64,000 bases of DNA from an uncultured Acidimicrobiales bacterium (GTDB lineage: Bacteria; Actinomycetota; Acidimicrobiia; Acidimicrobiales; UBA10347). The notes below the pieces were generated by a model. That model worked only from the letters and a program-made list of their open reading frames with translations. It had not been told where the DNA came from and searched no databases. The stretch's first letter is position 1. Each line of letters starts with the position of its first letter. The DNA is taken from contig CALSSD010000010.1 of the NCBI GenBank assembly GCA_943788915.1, positions 62,001-126,000 of the forward strand, in the 5' to 3' direction. A program made the translations under genes and the position numbers. Of the stretch, positions 31,562-40,106 are shown piece by piece.

Positions 31562-32362
31562 ATGGCCACGTACCCACCCGAACATCATCTGCTGCGGGAT
31601 CTCCAGCCGCAAGCCGAATGGGTGTCCGACGACGAGTGCATCTTCACTGCTCCGGTCGTCCCGCAGACCAGATCGGCCACGGGTGCGCTGGCGCTCGGCC
31701 CGATGTTCGCGGTTACCGATCTTGCCCTGATCAGCACTGCCATTGGCTTTGCTGATGGTGACTGGTGCGGCACACTCGATCTGGCAATCCGCAGCGGTCA
31801 ACCAATTGTCGACGGTCCACTTGTGGTCGCCTGTCAGGTCGTGCGCATCGGTGGCACGCTGATCACCACAAAGGCTGAGCTGCTGGATGGTGACCGGCTA
31901 GCAGGCACCGCGATCGCCACCTCGCGGCGAATGCCGAGAAACCCAGACTTCAACGACGCTCCGCCCGACGAGAAGGTCGTCGGAACGATCCAGCACTGGG
32001 GGCGTGCATCGTCAGGGTTTACGCTGCCGGTGAACGATCAACTCGGGCTCACCGAGTTGGCTCCGGGCGCAGTCGAACTGGCCAAGACGCCGTACGTCAC
32101 CAATAGTTTTGGCACCGTCAACGGCGGCACCTCCGGCATCTTGTTGTGTGCCGGCGCTGAATCAGCTCTGGGTGGCGAGTTCGTGGCCACCGATATCGAG
32201 GTCCGTTACATCGGCCAGGCCGCCGAGGGCCCGGTACGTACGATGAGCGAGATCATTCGTGTCGAACGCGATCATGCGGTTGTCGACGTGACTGCCGTGG
32301 ACATGAGTCGTGAACGTCGCCCCATCGCAACCGCCGGCGTCACGCTGACACTCCTCGCATGA
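31562..32362 (+). CDS. Double hotdog-fold thioesterase (PaaI-like)
   Basis: Two hotdog repeats; NSFGTVNGG motif. Confidence 0.75.
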   Translation: MATYPPEHHLLRDLQPQAEWVSDDECIFTAPVVPQTRSATGALALGPMFAVTDLALISTAIGFADGDWCGTLDLAIRSGQPIVDGPLVVACQVVRIGGTLITTKAELLDGDRLAGTAIATSRRMPRNPDFNDAPPDEKVVGTIQHWGRASSGFTLPVNDQLGLTELAPGAVELAKTPYVTNSFGTVNGGTSGILLCAGAESALGGEFVATDIEVRYIGQAAEGPVRTMSEIIRVERDHAVVDVTAVDMSRERRPIATAGVTLTLLA

Positions 32363-33348
32363 TGGACACAGCCGATATCCAAGAGCTTGTAGCTCAAGCA
32401 CAAGACATTGCCGACGACGTTCTCTTTCCCCGTGCGCTGGAGGCTGATGCTGCTGGCACGGTTCCCGAGTATCAACTCCAGTGCATCGCCGATGGCGGCT
32501 TCTACGGGATCTCGACCTACTGCGACGCCGCAACGATCGCCAAGGTTATCGAAGCGTTTGCCAGTGGCTGTTTGACGACCACCTTCGTCTATACCCAGCA
32601 CCTCGGCGCTGCTGCTGCTGCTCACACCAGCGACGGGCCAGTGCGGATCGAACTGGCCGCAGACCTGGCCGGGGGAAAGAAACGAGGAGGTGTTGCCTTC
32701 GCCCACATGCTGCGGCCAGGCACACCCATGACCACGACCGAACCCGTCGACGGTGGCTGGGTCATGAACGGCAGCGCTCCCTGGGTCACGGGTTGGGGGC
32801 ACATCGATGTCGTTCATGCTGCGGCTCGTCACGGCGACGACATCGTGTGGGCGCTGATCGATGCCACCGACTCGGCGACGCTCCACAGTGAACATGTCGC
32901 GTTCGCAGTAGTGGATTCCACCCAAACCAAGGTGCTCGAATACCGCGATCATTTTGTTCCCGAGTCGCGGATAACCAAGGTCGAGAACTACGACGAATGG
33001 CGAAGTCGTTATCGGCTCGGTCTGCGCACGAACGGTTCGCTCGCCTTGGGCGTGGCCAAACGGTGCTGCGATCTACTCGACAACGATGCGTTAACAACAC
33101 AACTCGACACCGTGCGGGACACCCTTGATTCGATTGCCCCAGCTGATGCAGACGCAATGTCCACAGCCCGAGCCCAGGCGTCATTGTTTGCCATGCAGGC
33201 AGCCACAGCGCTTGTCGCCAAGACGGGCGGGACCTCGGTCATGATGACCGAACACGCCCAGCGACTCGTTCGCGAGGCCATGTTCGTGATGGTGCAGGGC
33301 CAGACCCCGGCAATCAAGGCCGCGATGCTTGAGCAACTCACGGCTTAA
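32359..33348 (+). CDS. Acyl-CoA dehydrogenase-superfamily protein
   Basis: TTFVYTQH, NGSAPWVTGWG, HAQRLVREAMF. Confidence 0.82.
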   Translation: MMDTADIQELVAQAQDIADDVLFPRALEADAAGTVPEYQLQCIADGGFYGISTYCDAATIAKVIEAFASGCLTTTFVYTQHLGAAAAAHTSDGPVRIELAADLAGGKKRGGVAFAHMLRPGTPMTTTEPVDGGWVMNGSAPWVTGWGHIDVVHAAARHGDDIVWALIDATDSATLHSEHVAFAVVDSTQTKVLEYRDHFVPESRITKVENYDEWRSRYRLGLRTNGSLALGVAKRCCDLLDNDALTTQLDTVRDTLDSIAPADADAMSTARAQASLFAMQAATALVAKTGGTSVMMTEHAQRLVREAMFVMVQGQTPAIKAAMLEQLTA

Positions 33349-33363
33349 CGCCGGAATCTCCTG

Positions 33364-34386
33364 TCAGCCTGGTTTGTGGCCGATAGTGCGGGTCAAGGTG
33401 CCGGCCACGAAGTCGACGGTCTCAACATCGACAAATCCAGCGGTCTCGAAATAACCGACACACTCGGTGACCGAGTGCGATCGTCCTCCGCTGCCGTACA
33501 AGGCTTCGGCCATGCCCCACATCGACGCGTCAAGTGGACCAACGCCGTCGGCGTGCAACGTCTCGCCGACCAGATGCATCTCGCCCCCAGGTTCGAGTGC
33601 ATCGAAGGTCTTCTGCACCACCTTCTGAATGTTTGCTGCGCTGTAGATCGGCAGGTTGGACGCCATCACCGCAATGTCGCAACCAGCTGGCAGTTCGCTG
33701 TTCACGAAGTCGCCCCCAAATGTTGTTACCCGGTCGGCGACGTGATTCTGTTCGATGTACTCCTGGGTCACAACCGTGACGGCAGGTAGATCGAGCACGA
33801 TCGCCTGCAGGCCGGGGTATGCCTTCACTGCCTGTATCGAATAGGCGCCGGAACCGCCGCCCAGGTCGAGGAGTCGAGTGCGTGATGACATGTCGACATG
33901 GCGGGCGAATCGTCGGCCGGCCCCCATGCCAATGCTGTAGGTCGCTGCATGGTATTTCCTGGCTCGTTCAACCGTCATGTCGTCGTACATGCCGAGTTCC
34001 GCAGGAGGTGTTAGATCGCGCAGCGTGGCGGTGAGGTCGAACCACTGTGGCACCTCCCGCCGAGTGAAGGTCATCCATGGTCCTGCGAATCGGTCGCTGG
34101 TGCTGACCATGAACTTCTCGCAGTCGGGCGCGTTGTGCAAGTGGCCAGCGTCGTCTTTTTCGATCAGACCAAGTGCCAACAGGACAACCACAATGCGCTC
34201 CGCGTTCAGTGCGGTGATATTGGCGGCCGACGCAACTGCCTCGATGGTGGCTGCACCCTGGCTGACATGGGTGAAGATATCGAGGTCGATAGCGGCATAG
34301 AACACTGCCGTCTCGGTGAACCCTCGGGCAATGCTCTGAAGCCGGATGGTGTCAATTCGAGGAGTATCTATCTGCTGTTCGCTCAT
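33364..34386 (-). CDS. O-methyltransferase family 2 (dimerisation domain plus SAM domain)
   Basis: AAIDLDIF, LLDLGGGSG, DLP, GDF, LEPGG. Confidence 0.88.
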   Translation of the reverse strand: MSEQQIDTPRIDTIRLQSIARGFTETAVFYAAIDLDIFTHVSQGAATIEAVASAANITALNAERIVVVLLALGLIEKDDAGHLHNAPDCEKFMVSTSDRFAGPWMTFTRREVPQWFDLTATLRDLTPPAELGMYDDMTVERARKYHAATYSIGMGAGRRFARHVDMSSRTRLLDLGGGSGAYSIQAVKAYPGLQAIVLDLPAVTVVTQEYIEQNHVADRVTTFGGDFVNSELPAGCDIAVMASNLPIYSAANIQKVVQKTFDALEPGGEMHLVGETLHADGVGPLDASMWGMAEALYGSGGRSHSVTECVGYFETAGFVDVETVDFVAGTLTRTIGHKPG

Positions 34387-34431
34387 GAACCACTCTGCTA
34401 CGAGATGACGCTCGTTGCCAAGAACCGGTCC

Positions 34432-35178
34432 TTACCACGTAACGCTGCGATCGAGATCGAGGACCTCGAGCATGCGAGCAAGCAGCGGGGCAAAGTCGCC
34501 GTGTCGTTGCGTGCGTTGGTTCGGTGCAGGCGCTGCGACAGCAGCCCAATCGACTGGTCCAAACCGGCTGTCCACCCGGTGCTGCCACGGCGCTCGCAGC
34601 CCGTCGAGCGAACCGCTGATGACACCCTCGGCGATGGCGTCGGCCTCGGTTGGCGGGCCGTCGAACAGCGTCAACGCAACAGGAAGGAGCTTATGCAGCG
34701 AAGCTATGAGCCGATCGCGGGCATCGTCGACCGTCAGCAGGACGTCGAGCAGCGCATCGCCGTGCCGGCGGTGGAAACGTTCTTCGCTTGCTGCGCGAAC
34801 AGAAATGTCGGCCAGGTGCTGCACCGATGAGCCCGCGAAGAGCTGCCACCGCAGTTCTTCGGCAGCGTCGTACAACCAGTGGCGCACAAGCGTGTCGCTC
34901 CACTCGGGCAAGTTGACCTCGGTCAGAGCGCAGGAACGCCAGTCACTCGGCTCTCGGTAAAAGGCCAGGGCGTCGATATCGGCATCTTCACTCCCAACAA
35001 TGGCTTCTAACAAAAGTGCGGCATGGCCGAGTTCGTCTTGGCCGATACTGGCAAAGGCCAGGTCTTCTTCGAGGAACGGTGCAACGCCGATCCATTCAGT
35101 GTGCTGCTGGCCCATCAGGTGTTCATCGTCGGCGAACGCCAGAATGATGTCGCGTGCTGCCGGGCTGAGGTCAGCCAT
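34432..35178 (-). CDS. paaC: Phenylacetyl-CoA epoxidase subunit C
   Basis: ADD....G....EW...AP.LEED.A...IGQDELGHA; EERFH. Confidence 0.88.
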   Translation of the reverse strand: MADLSPAARDIILAFADDEHLMGQQHTEWIGVAPFLEEDLAFASIGQDELGHAALLLEAIVGSEDADIDALAFYREPSDWRSCALTEVNLPEWSDTLVRHWLYDAAEELRWQLFAGSSVQHLADISVRAASEERFHRRHGDALLDVLLTVDDARDRLIASLHKLLPVALTLFDGPPTEADAIAEGVISGSLDGLRAPWQHRVDSRFGPVDWAAVAAPAPNQRTQRHGDFAPLLARMLEVLDLDRSVTW

Positions 35179-35455
35179 TGGTTTGGGTGCTTTCACGAAG
35201 CGCCTTGCGGCGGGCGGCAACGGCCTCACCGCTGTGGTGGCGGTGCGGCTTGGTTGCGTTTGGGGCTGTGAAGTCGCGGTCGGGGTGCAAGATGTTGTCG
35301 CGACGTACAACCCACAGCAAGTCGCCTTCGGCCCGGCGGACGTAACACTCTCGCGCCGATACCAAGGCGAGTTCGTCGTTGGCAGCCTCGAGCGCACCAA
35401 CATGGCGGAATTCGTCGCGGCCGTCCTTCTTCAAAAAGACTTCGAACGTAGTCAT
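35171..35455 (-). CDS. paaB: Phenylacetyl-CoA epoxidase subunit B
   Basis: FEVF...HVG.L.A...E.AL..AR..Y.RR.E...LWVV. Confidence 0.88.
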   Translation of the reverse strand: MTTFEVFLKKDGRDEFRHVGALEAANDELALVSARECYVRRAEGDLLWVVRRDNILHPDRDFTAPNATKPHRHHSGEAVAARRKALRESTQTNG

Positions 35456-35477
35456 CAGAGAGTCACCCAGTCACCAA

Positions 35478-35966
35478 TCAACCGCGCATGACTTCGACGG
35501 TTTCGCCGCATCCGGTGCATGTGTGAACCGATCGGCAACGACTTGGACCAAACATGGACTGTTCGACGGTCTTGGACGCGCACAACGGACAGGTCGGAGA
35601 GCGTTGCCCGATCTGTACGGCAACCGTGAACTTCTTCTCGAGGCATGAGCGAGCCTCGTGGCTGATCCGGTCGGCATGCCATGCCGGCGACGACAGCCAG
35701 ACGACGGTGCAGCTGGACACGTCGGCCACGTTCTGCACCGCAGTAACGACATCGTCGGCTATTACTGCCAAGGCTGGGCAACCTGAAAATGTCGGGATCA
35801 GGCCGATCTCAGCGGATCCGTTCTGCTGCACATGAATGGTTTCGAGTAAACCTAAATCGACGATCGAAATGCCTGGGTATTCAGGGTCGTCGACCGAGGA
35901 GACAGCGCTGTGTACCTGGGCTTCGAGTCGCAACATGTCGAGTGGGAGGCCTTCTGCGACGGTCAT
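35478..35966 (-). CDS. paaD: Phenylacetyl-CoA epoxidase subunit D
   Basis: DPE.P.ISIVDLG, PTFSGCPA, CP.C...FG...CRS...C..C.E. Confidence 0.88.
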   Translation of the reverse strand: MTVAEGLPLDMLRLEAQVHSAVSSVDDPEYPGISIVDLGLLETIHVQQNGSAEIGLIPTFSGCPALAVIADDVVTAVQNVADVSSCTVVWLSSPAWHADRISHEARSCLEKKFTVAVQIGQRSPTCPLCASKTVEQSMFGPSRCRSVHTCTGCGETVEVMRG

Positions 35967-36886
35967 GTCTTTGCCAACTCAGTCGTTTCGAGTGCGTGGC
36001 GGACCCATGCACTTTCTTCCCAGTGCGCAGAAGCCTCGCCAATGCGGCGAGCGGAGTCGGGCCCGACGTTCGCAAATGTCTTCTTCAGCGGCTCCCAGTC
36101 GATGGGCCCAGCAACCCAGCGATCAGTGTCTTCGTCGAAGCGCAGGCCAGGGTCAGGAATCGTGAAACCGTAGCTCTGCAGCATGGGTACAAACTTCTGC
36201 ACCCACCGATCGCGGAGGATCTCGTTGCGTTCAGACTTAATGTGCCAACGCAGCAGCATGTCGTTTGGTTTCGAGTCGGGGCCAAACAACTGGAGTGCTG
36301 GCCACCACCAGTCATCTATTGCTTGTTGGAACATGTCGCGCTGCATCCTGGTGCCTTGGGCGATGCGCATCATGCGATCTTCGCCTAGCCGCATATGAAA
36401 ACCCTCTTCGGCAATGATTCGCTTGAGGATGCGGCGATACGGGCCGTAGGAACAGTTTTTGAAGACTGCCTGCTGGCTGGCGAGCGCGGCGGCGTCGACC
36501 AAGAAGGCTATGGCGACTTGGTGGCCCCATGTCTTGGCCCGGTAGTGAAACACATTGTGAAAGCGGCTCTTGCCCGCGTAGAGATCTTCGATCATCTCTT
36601 GGCGAGTCTTGATCGCCATGTCAGCAGCGACCATGTACAGGAGGTGCGCGTGGCCGAACTCGTCTTGGGTCTTGGCGATCACCGCCATCTTGTGACGCAA
36701 CCCTGGGGTGCGCGGTATCCAATCGCGTTCGGTGAGCCCACCCATCTGTTCGCTGTTGGCATGTAGCTCGATGAACCTGAATACGGCAATGCGGTATTCG
36801 TCTGGCATGGCATCGTCGGGTTCGACGATGCCTCCTTGGTTCAGGAACGCTTCGAAATCGTCCATCGACGACCAGCTCCGTGGCAT
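35963..36886 (-). CDS. paaA: Phenylacetyl-CoA epoxidase subunit A (di-iron)
   Basis: MPDEYR, HANSE, KTQDE.GH, F.NVF.Y, CSYGPY, EE.FH, WWWP. A TAGAGT -10 lies 7 nt upstream of ATG 36886. Confidence 0.93.
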   Translation of the reverse strand: MPRSWSSMDDFEAFLNQGGIVEPDDAMPDEYRIAVFRFIELHANSEQMGGLTERDWIPRTPGLRHKMAVIAKTQDEFGHAHLLYMVAADMAIKTRQEMIEDLYAGKSRFHNVFHYRAKTWGHQVAIAFLVDAAALASQQAVFKNCSYGPYRRILKRIIAEEGFHMRLGEDRMMRIAQGTRMQRDMFQQAIDDWWWPALQLFGPDSKPNDMLLRWHIKSERNEILRDRWVQKFVPMLQSYGFTIPDPGLRFDEDTDRWVAGPIDWEPLKKTFANVGPDSARRIGEASAHWEESAWVRHALETTELAKT

Positions 36887-36935
36887 AGGGAAAACTCTAC
36901 GCTGTTCGTGGTCCGCGATGTGTTTTCGGCGTTAG

Positions 36936-38498
36936 TCAGCTCAGCGGCTTGCCGTGTGAATCCGCGTCGGCGGCGACCTGCATCGTGGACAATGTCTCGT
37001 CCGGGAGCATCAACTCCTCGAGGTCCTCGAGGTCCTCGAATTCCTCGAAGTCGCCGAAGCATTCGAAGTCGGTGAAGGTGGCGGCGCCAGCTGATCTGAG
37101 CAGATGGCGGCGAAACAGAGCCATGATGGACTTCGGCTCGGGTCCGTTCGGCTTCCGCTTCTGCAATCAACTCGGCTGCGTGATCATTGCCAGCGCCAAC
37201 CAGCTCGGCGCACGCCTCGTGTCCCGAAGCCGTGAGCTGATCGACGTTGAATCTGGGCGCTCGATTTGATTGAGTCGGCAGCCGTTATCGCCGCTTTGGC
37301 CATCGCAGCAGCCCGCTGATTCGCAGCCGAGAGAATCGCGTTCGCTTCAGCCTTTGCTTCTCGCCGCATTCGTGCCGCATCGGAGTCTGCCTTGTGCAAC
37401 GTGGCTGCAGCATTGCGCTCAAGTTCTGCAGCCGTGCGGCGAACATCACTCATCTGGGCTTCGACTTCACTTTGGGCCGCAGCCCGCCCCCTTTTCGCCG
37501 CAGTGGCCAGCGCCTTCGAGAGCCGGTCTTGTGCTTCTATCTTGAGGTTCTCGATCGCCGCCAGCTTTGTTTCGCTCTGGCTACGGGCATCTGCGAGAAG
37601 CGCGTCGGCCTGGGCCACGCTGCGTTCCCGTAGTTCGGCCGCTTTCGCCATGGCTGTCTCGTGCATAGCTTCCGCAGCCTGTTCGGCTTCGACGACCTTG
37701 CTGGTCGCGAGCTGGACGAGCGAGGTGACCTTGTCGCTTTGCTTCGTCTTCGATATCTCCGAGGGCAGTCGCTGCATCAGAGAGCATCCCTTGGGCTTTG
37801 GCCCTTGCCTGCTCTACGAGTTCTTCAGCTCGTCGCTCGGCGTTTTCGATTAGGAGTCGCGAGTCATTAATCGCTGCCTCGGCAACTTCGGTGGCCTTGA
37901 GCTTGTAGGCGGCGCGTTCTTCCTCGACTGCTTCAAGCGCAGCCCGTTCGGCATCTTTCCGCATCAGGTCGACAGCCGAGTCGGGCTCGGTCATCACGTC
38001 GAGTTGGCGTTGCTCGGCGGCAGCAACGATGACCGCGGCCTGTTCCAGGGCAGCCTCGATCACCTGCGCAGCTTGTTCATCGGTTTGGCTGACGGTCGCG
38101 GCTGCCCGCCGTTGTGCGTTGTCGAGCAGCGCCTGCGCCTGGGCCTGAGTCTGTGAGAGCAGGGCCGCAGTCTGGAGGCGGACGGCGCTTGCTTCGTCGA
38201 TCGCTCTATTGAGGTCCACGTGAGGATCCAGTGTCGGTTTGGTTGCAGGTTCGTCGACCAAGGGGTCGAGGTTGGCCGGGGGACCGGAGGGTGGGGCGAG
38301 GTTAAGTGGGGAACCGACAGGTTTCTCAGGACGACCGTGATTCGACGTTGCGTCGGGAGTTTCATCGGGCAGATCTGCGAGCACACCATCGAGGCTGTGC
38401 TCAATTTTCTGAGCGTTGGCGAGCCCTTCACCGACATCGTCCTCGGCCGCCACGACCATGGTTCCATCGGGGCTAGGGGAGGTGTTGATCTGATTCAT
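36936..38498 (-). CDS. Long Ala/Glu-rich coiled-coil protein (DivIVA/Scy/FilP-like), interrupted by three +1 frameshifts
   Basis: Track ORFs 37581..38498, 37184..37777, 36841..37170 and 36936..37166 join into one ~520 aa frame if single bases are removed near 37739, 37246 and 37134; roughly 11-residue Ala periodicity. Confidence 0.7.
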
Positions 38499-38627
38499 GG
38501 GATCCTCGTTGGGTGCGTCTCATGGGTGGCTCTGGGGGTCGGTATGGCTGACCTCGAGGCGTGTCCTCGGTTCCCTCGGTAACGAAGTACACGCATTCGT
38601 TTGGCCGGATTCGGTGGCCGATCTGTC

Positions 38628-39320
38628 CTACGGAGATGGCGTTGGAACTGCCTTATCAGCGCGCCACGGTTCAAACGACGGCTCTGATGGCGCCACTGAA
38701 GAAGGCGGTGGTGGAGACGGTGGTGCAGAGGCCATCGCTGTCGCCGGCTCGATTTTGGTAAGAATGTGTTCGAGTAGTTCCAGAAGAGCGTCGCGAACCT
38801 TGCGCGGTTCACGGGCGTCGGTCATGAATATGGGGATGTCAGCGGGAACGTCAAGCGCGCTCCGAATCTCTTCGAGGTCATGAAGCGTTCCGCCGTCGAA
38901 ATGGTTGCATGCAACGACGAACGGCAACCCGCGGCTCTCGAAAAAGTCCACGGCTGCGTAACAATCGTCAAGCCGTCGAGTGTCCGCCAAGACGATCGCC
39001 CCCAGCGCTCCTTTGACGATGTCTTCCCACATGAATCCAAATCGGTCTTGCCCGGGTGTGCCAAACAGATACAGCATCAATCCGGTATCCACGGTCAGTT
39101 TGCCGAAGTCCATGGCAACCGTGGTTGTCGTCTTGGCGGACACCTTGCTGGCGTCGTCGACCGCGAGACCAGCAGAGGTCATTGCGGCTTCGGTTCGGAG
39201 CGGCTTGATTTCAGAAACCGAGCCGACAAGGGTCGTCTTGCCGACGCCGAAGCCGCCGGATACCACGATCTTTGCTGATATCGGCCGTTGTGCTGGTGCC
39301 TCAGAGTGAGCGAATGCCAT
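38628..39320 (-). CDS. cvnD: Conservon small GTPase (MglA-like) with Pro-rich tail
   Basis: GGFGVGKTT, TTTVAMDFG, LFGTPGQDRF, NHFD, DAR. Confidence 0.93.
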   Translation of the reverse strand: MAFAHSEAPAQRPISAKIVVSGGFGVGKTTLVGSVSEIKPLRTEAAMTSAGLAVDDASKVSAKTTTTVAMDFGKLTVDTGLMLYLFGTPGQDRFGFMWEDIVKGALGAIVLADTRRLDDCYAAVDFFESRGLPFVVACNHFDGGTLHDLEEIRSALDVPADIPIFMTDAREPRKVRDALLELLEHILTKIEPATAMASAPPSPPPPSSVAPSEPSFEPWRADKAVPTPSP

Positions 39321-39651
39321 CGAGCAGCCTCCTTACGATGGCCGCACCTTCAGATGCGGCTGTTCCATGTTGTTCTACGTGACTGGATGCGGTCAGATCG
39401 GCGACGAGCACACGTGCTACGCCGATTGGTTGATGTATGTGAACAGCTATCTCGGCTACCGAGAGGGGAGTAGTGCAGAGGTCGACGACCGCTGCATAGT
39501 CAGGGTTCAAGCCCTCATTGGAGAGTCGAGCAACAACGAGTGTCTCGATCGGAATGTCGCCGGCCTGGCCGACGGTCCTTCCGGCCGTAATGATGTACGG
39601 CCGCACGAATGATTCGTGGCCGCTGTCTTGCAAGGCGTTGTCGTCGGACAT
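39301..39651 (-). CDS. cvnC: Conservon DUF742 protein
   Basis: VRPY..T.GRT, SVAEIA....P.GV.RVLVADL. Confidence 0.9.
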   Translation of the reverse strand: MSDDNALQDSGHESFVRPYIITAGRTVGQAGDIPIETLVVARLSNEGLNPDYAAVVDLCTTPLSVAEIAVHIHQPIGVARVLVADLTASSHVEQHGTAASEGAAIVRRLLDGIRSL

Positions 39652-39680
39652 GGGTCAGATCCTCGTTCGTCCCCGTCGAA

Positions 39681-40106
39681 TCACGCGTGGAGCGTGTTCT
39701 TGAGGTGATGGATGACTTCAGGCGATAGGACCGCTCCGACTCGATCGACCATCAGTGCCATCTCATAACCAACAAGGCCGAGATCAGCCCGTTTGTCTGC
39801 GAGTACGGCGAGCGAAGAGCCGTCTGAGATGGTTGCGATGAATAAGTGGCCTCGGGACATCTCAATGAGTACCTGCTCCACAGCCTCCATGTTGAACATC
39901 TCGGCCGCACCTCGGGTGAGGCTCGCGAGTCCGGCGGTGACTGCGGCAAGTTGTTCCGCATTCTCGCGATCTGCGCCGCTGGACGATGCCAACAGAAAGC
40001 CATCACTCGAGACTGCAGTCGCTTCAAGGACGCCAGCGGTTGTGTTCGCGAACTGTTGGAGAAGCCAGTGGAAGTTATCGAGGTCGGCGTTCAGTGCTGT
40101 GCTCAT
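39681..40106 (-). CDS. cvnB: Conservon roadblock/LC7 (MglB-like) protein
   Basis: WLL..F....GV..A..VSSDG...AEQLAAV..GL.SL...LGLVGYEM. Confidence 0.93.
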   Translation of the reverse strand: MSTALNADLDNFHWLLQQFANTTAGVLEATAVSSDGFLLASSSGADRENAEQLAAVTAGLASLTRGAAEMFNMEAVEQVLIEMSRGHLFIATISDGSSLAVLADKRADLGLVGYEMALMVDRVGAVLSPEVIHHLKNTLHA

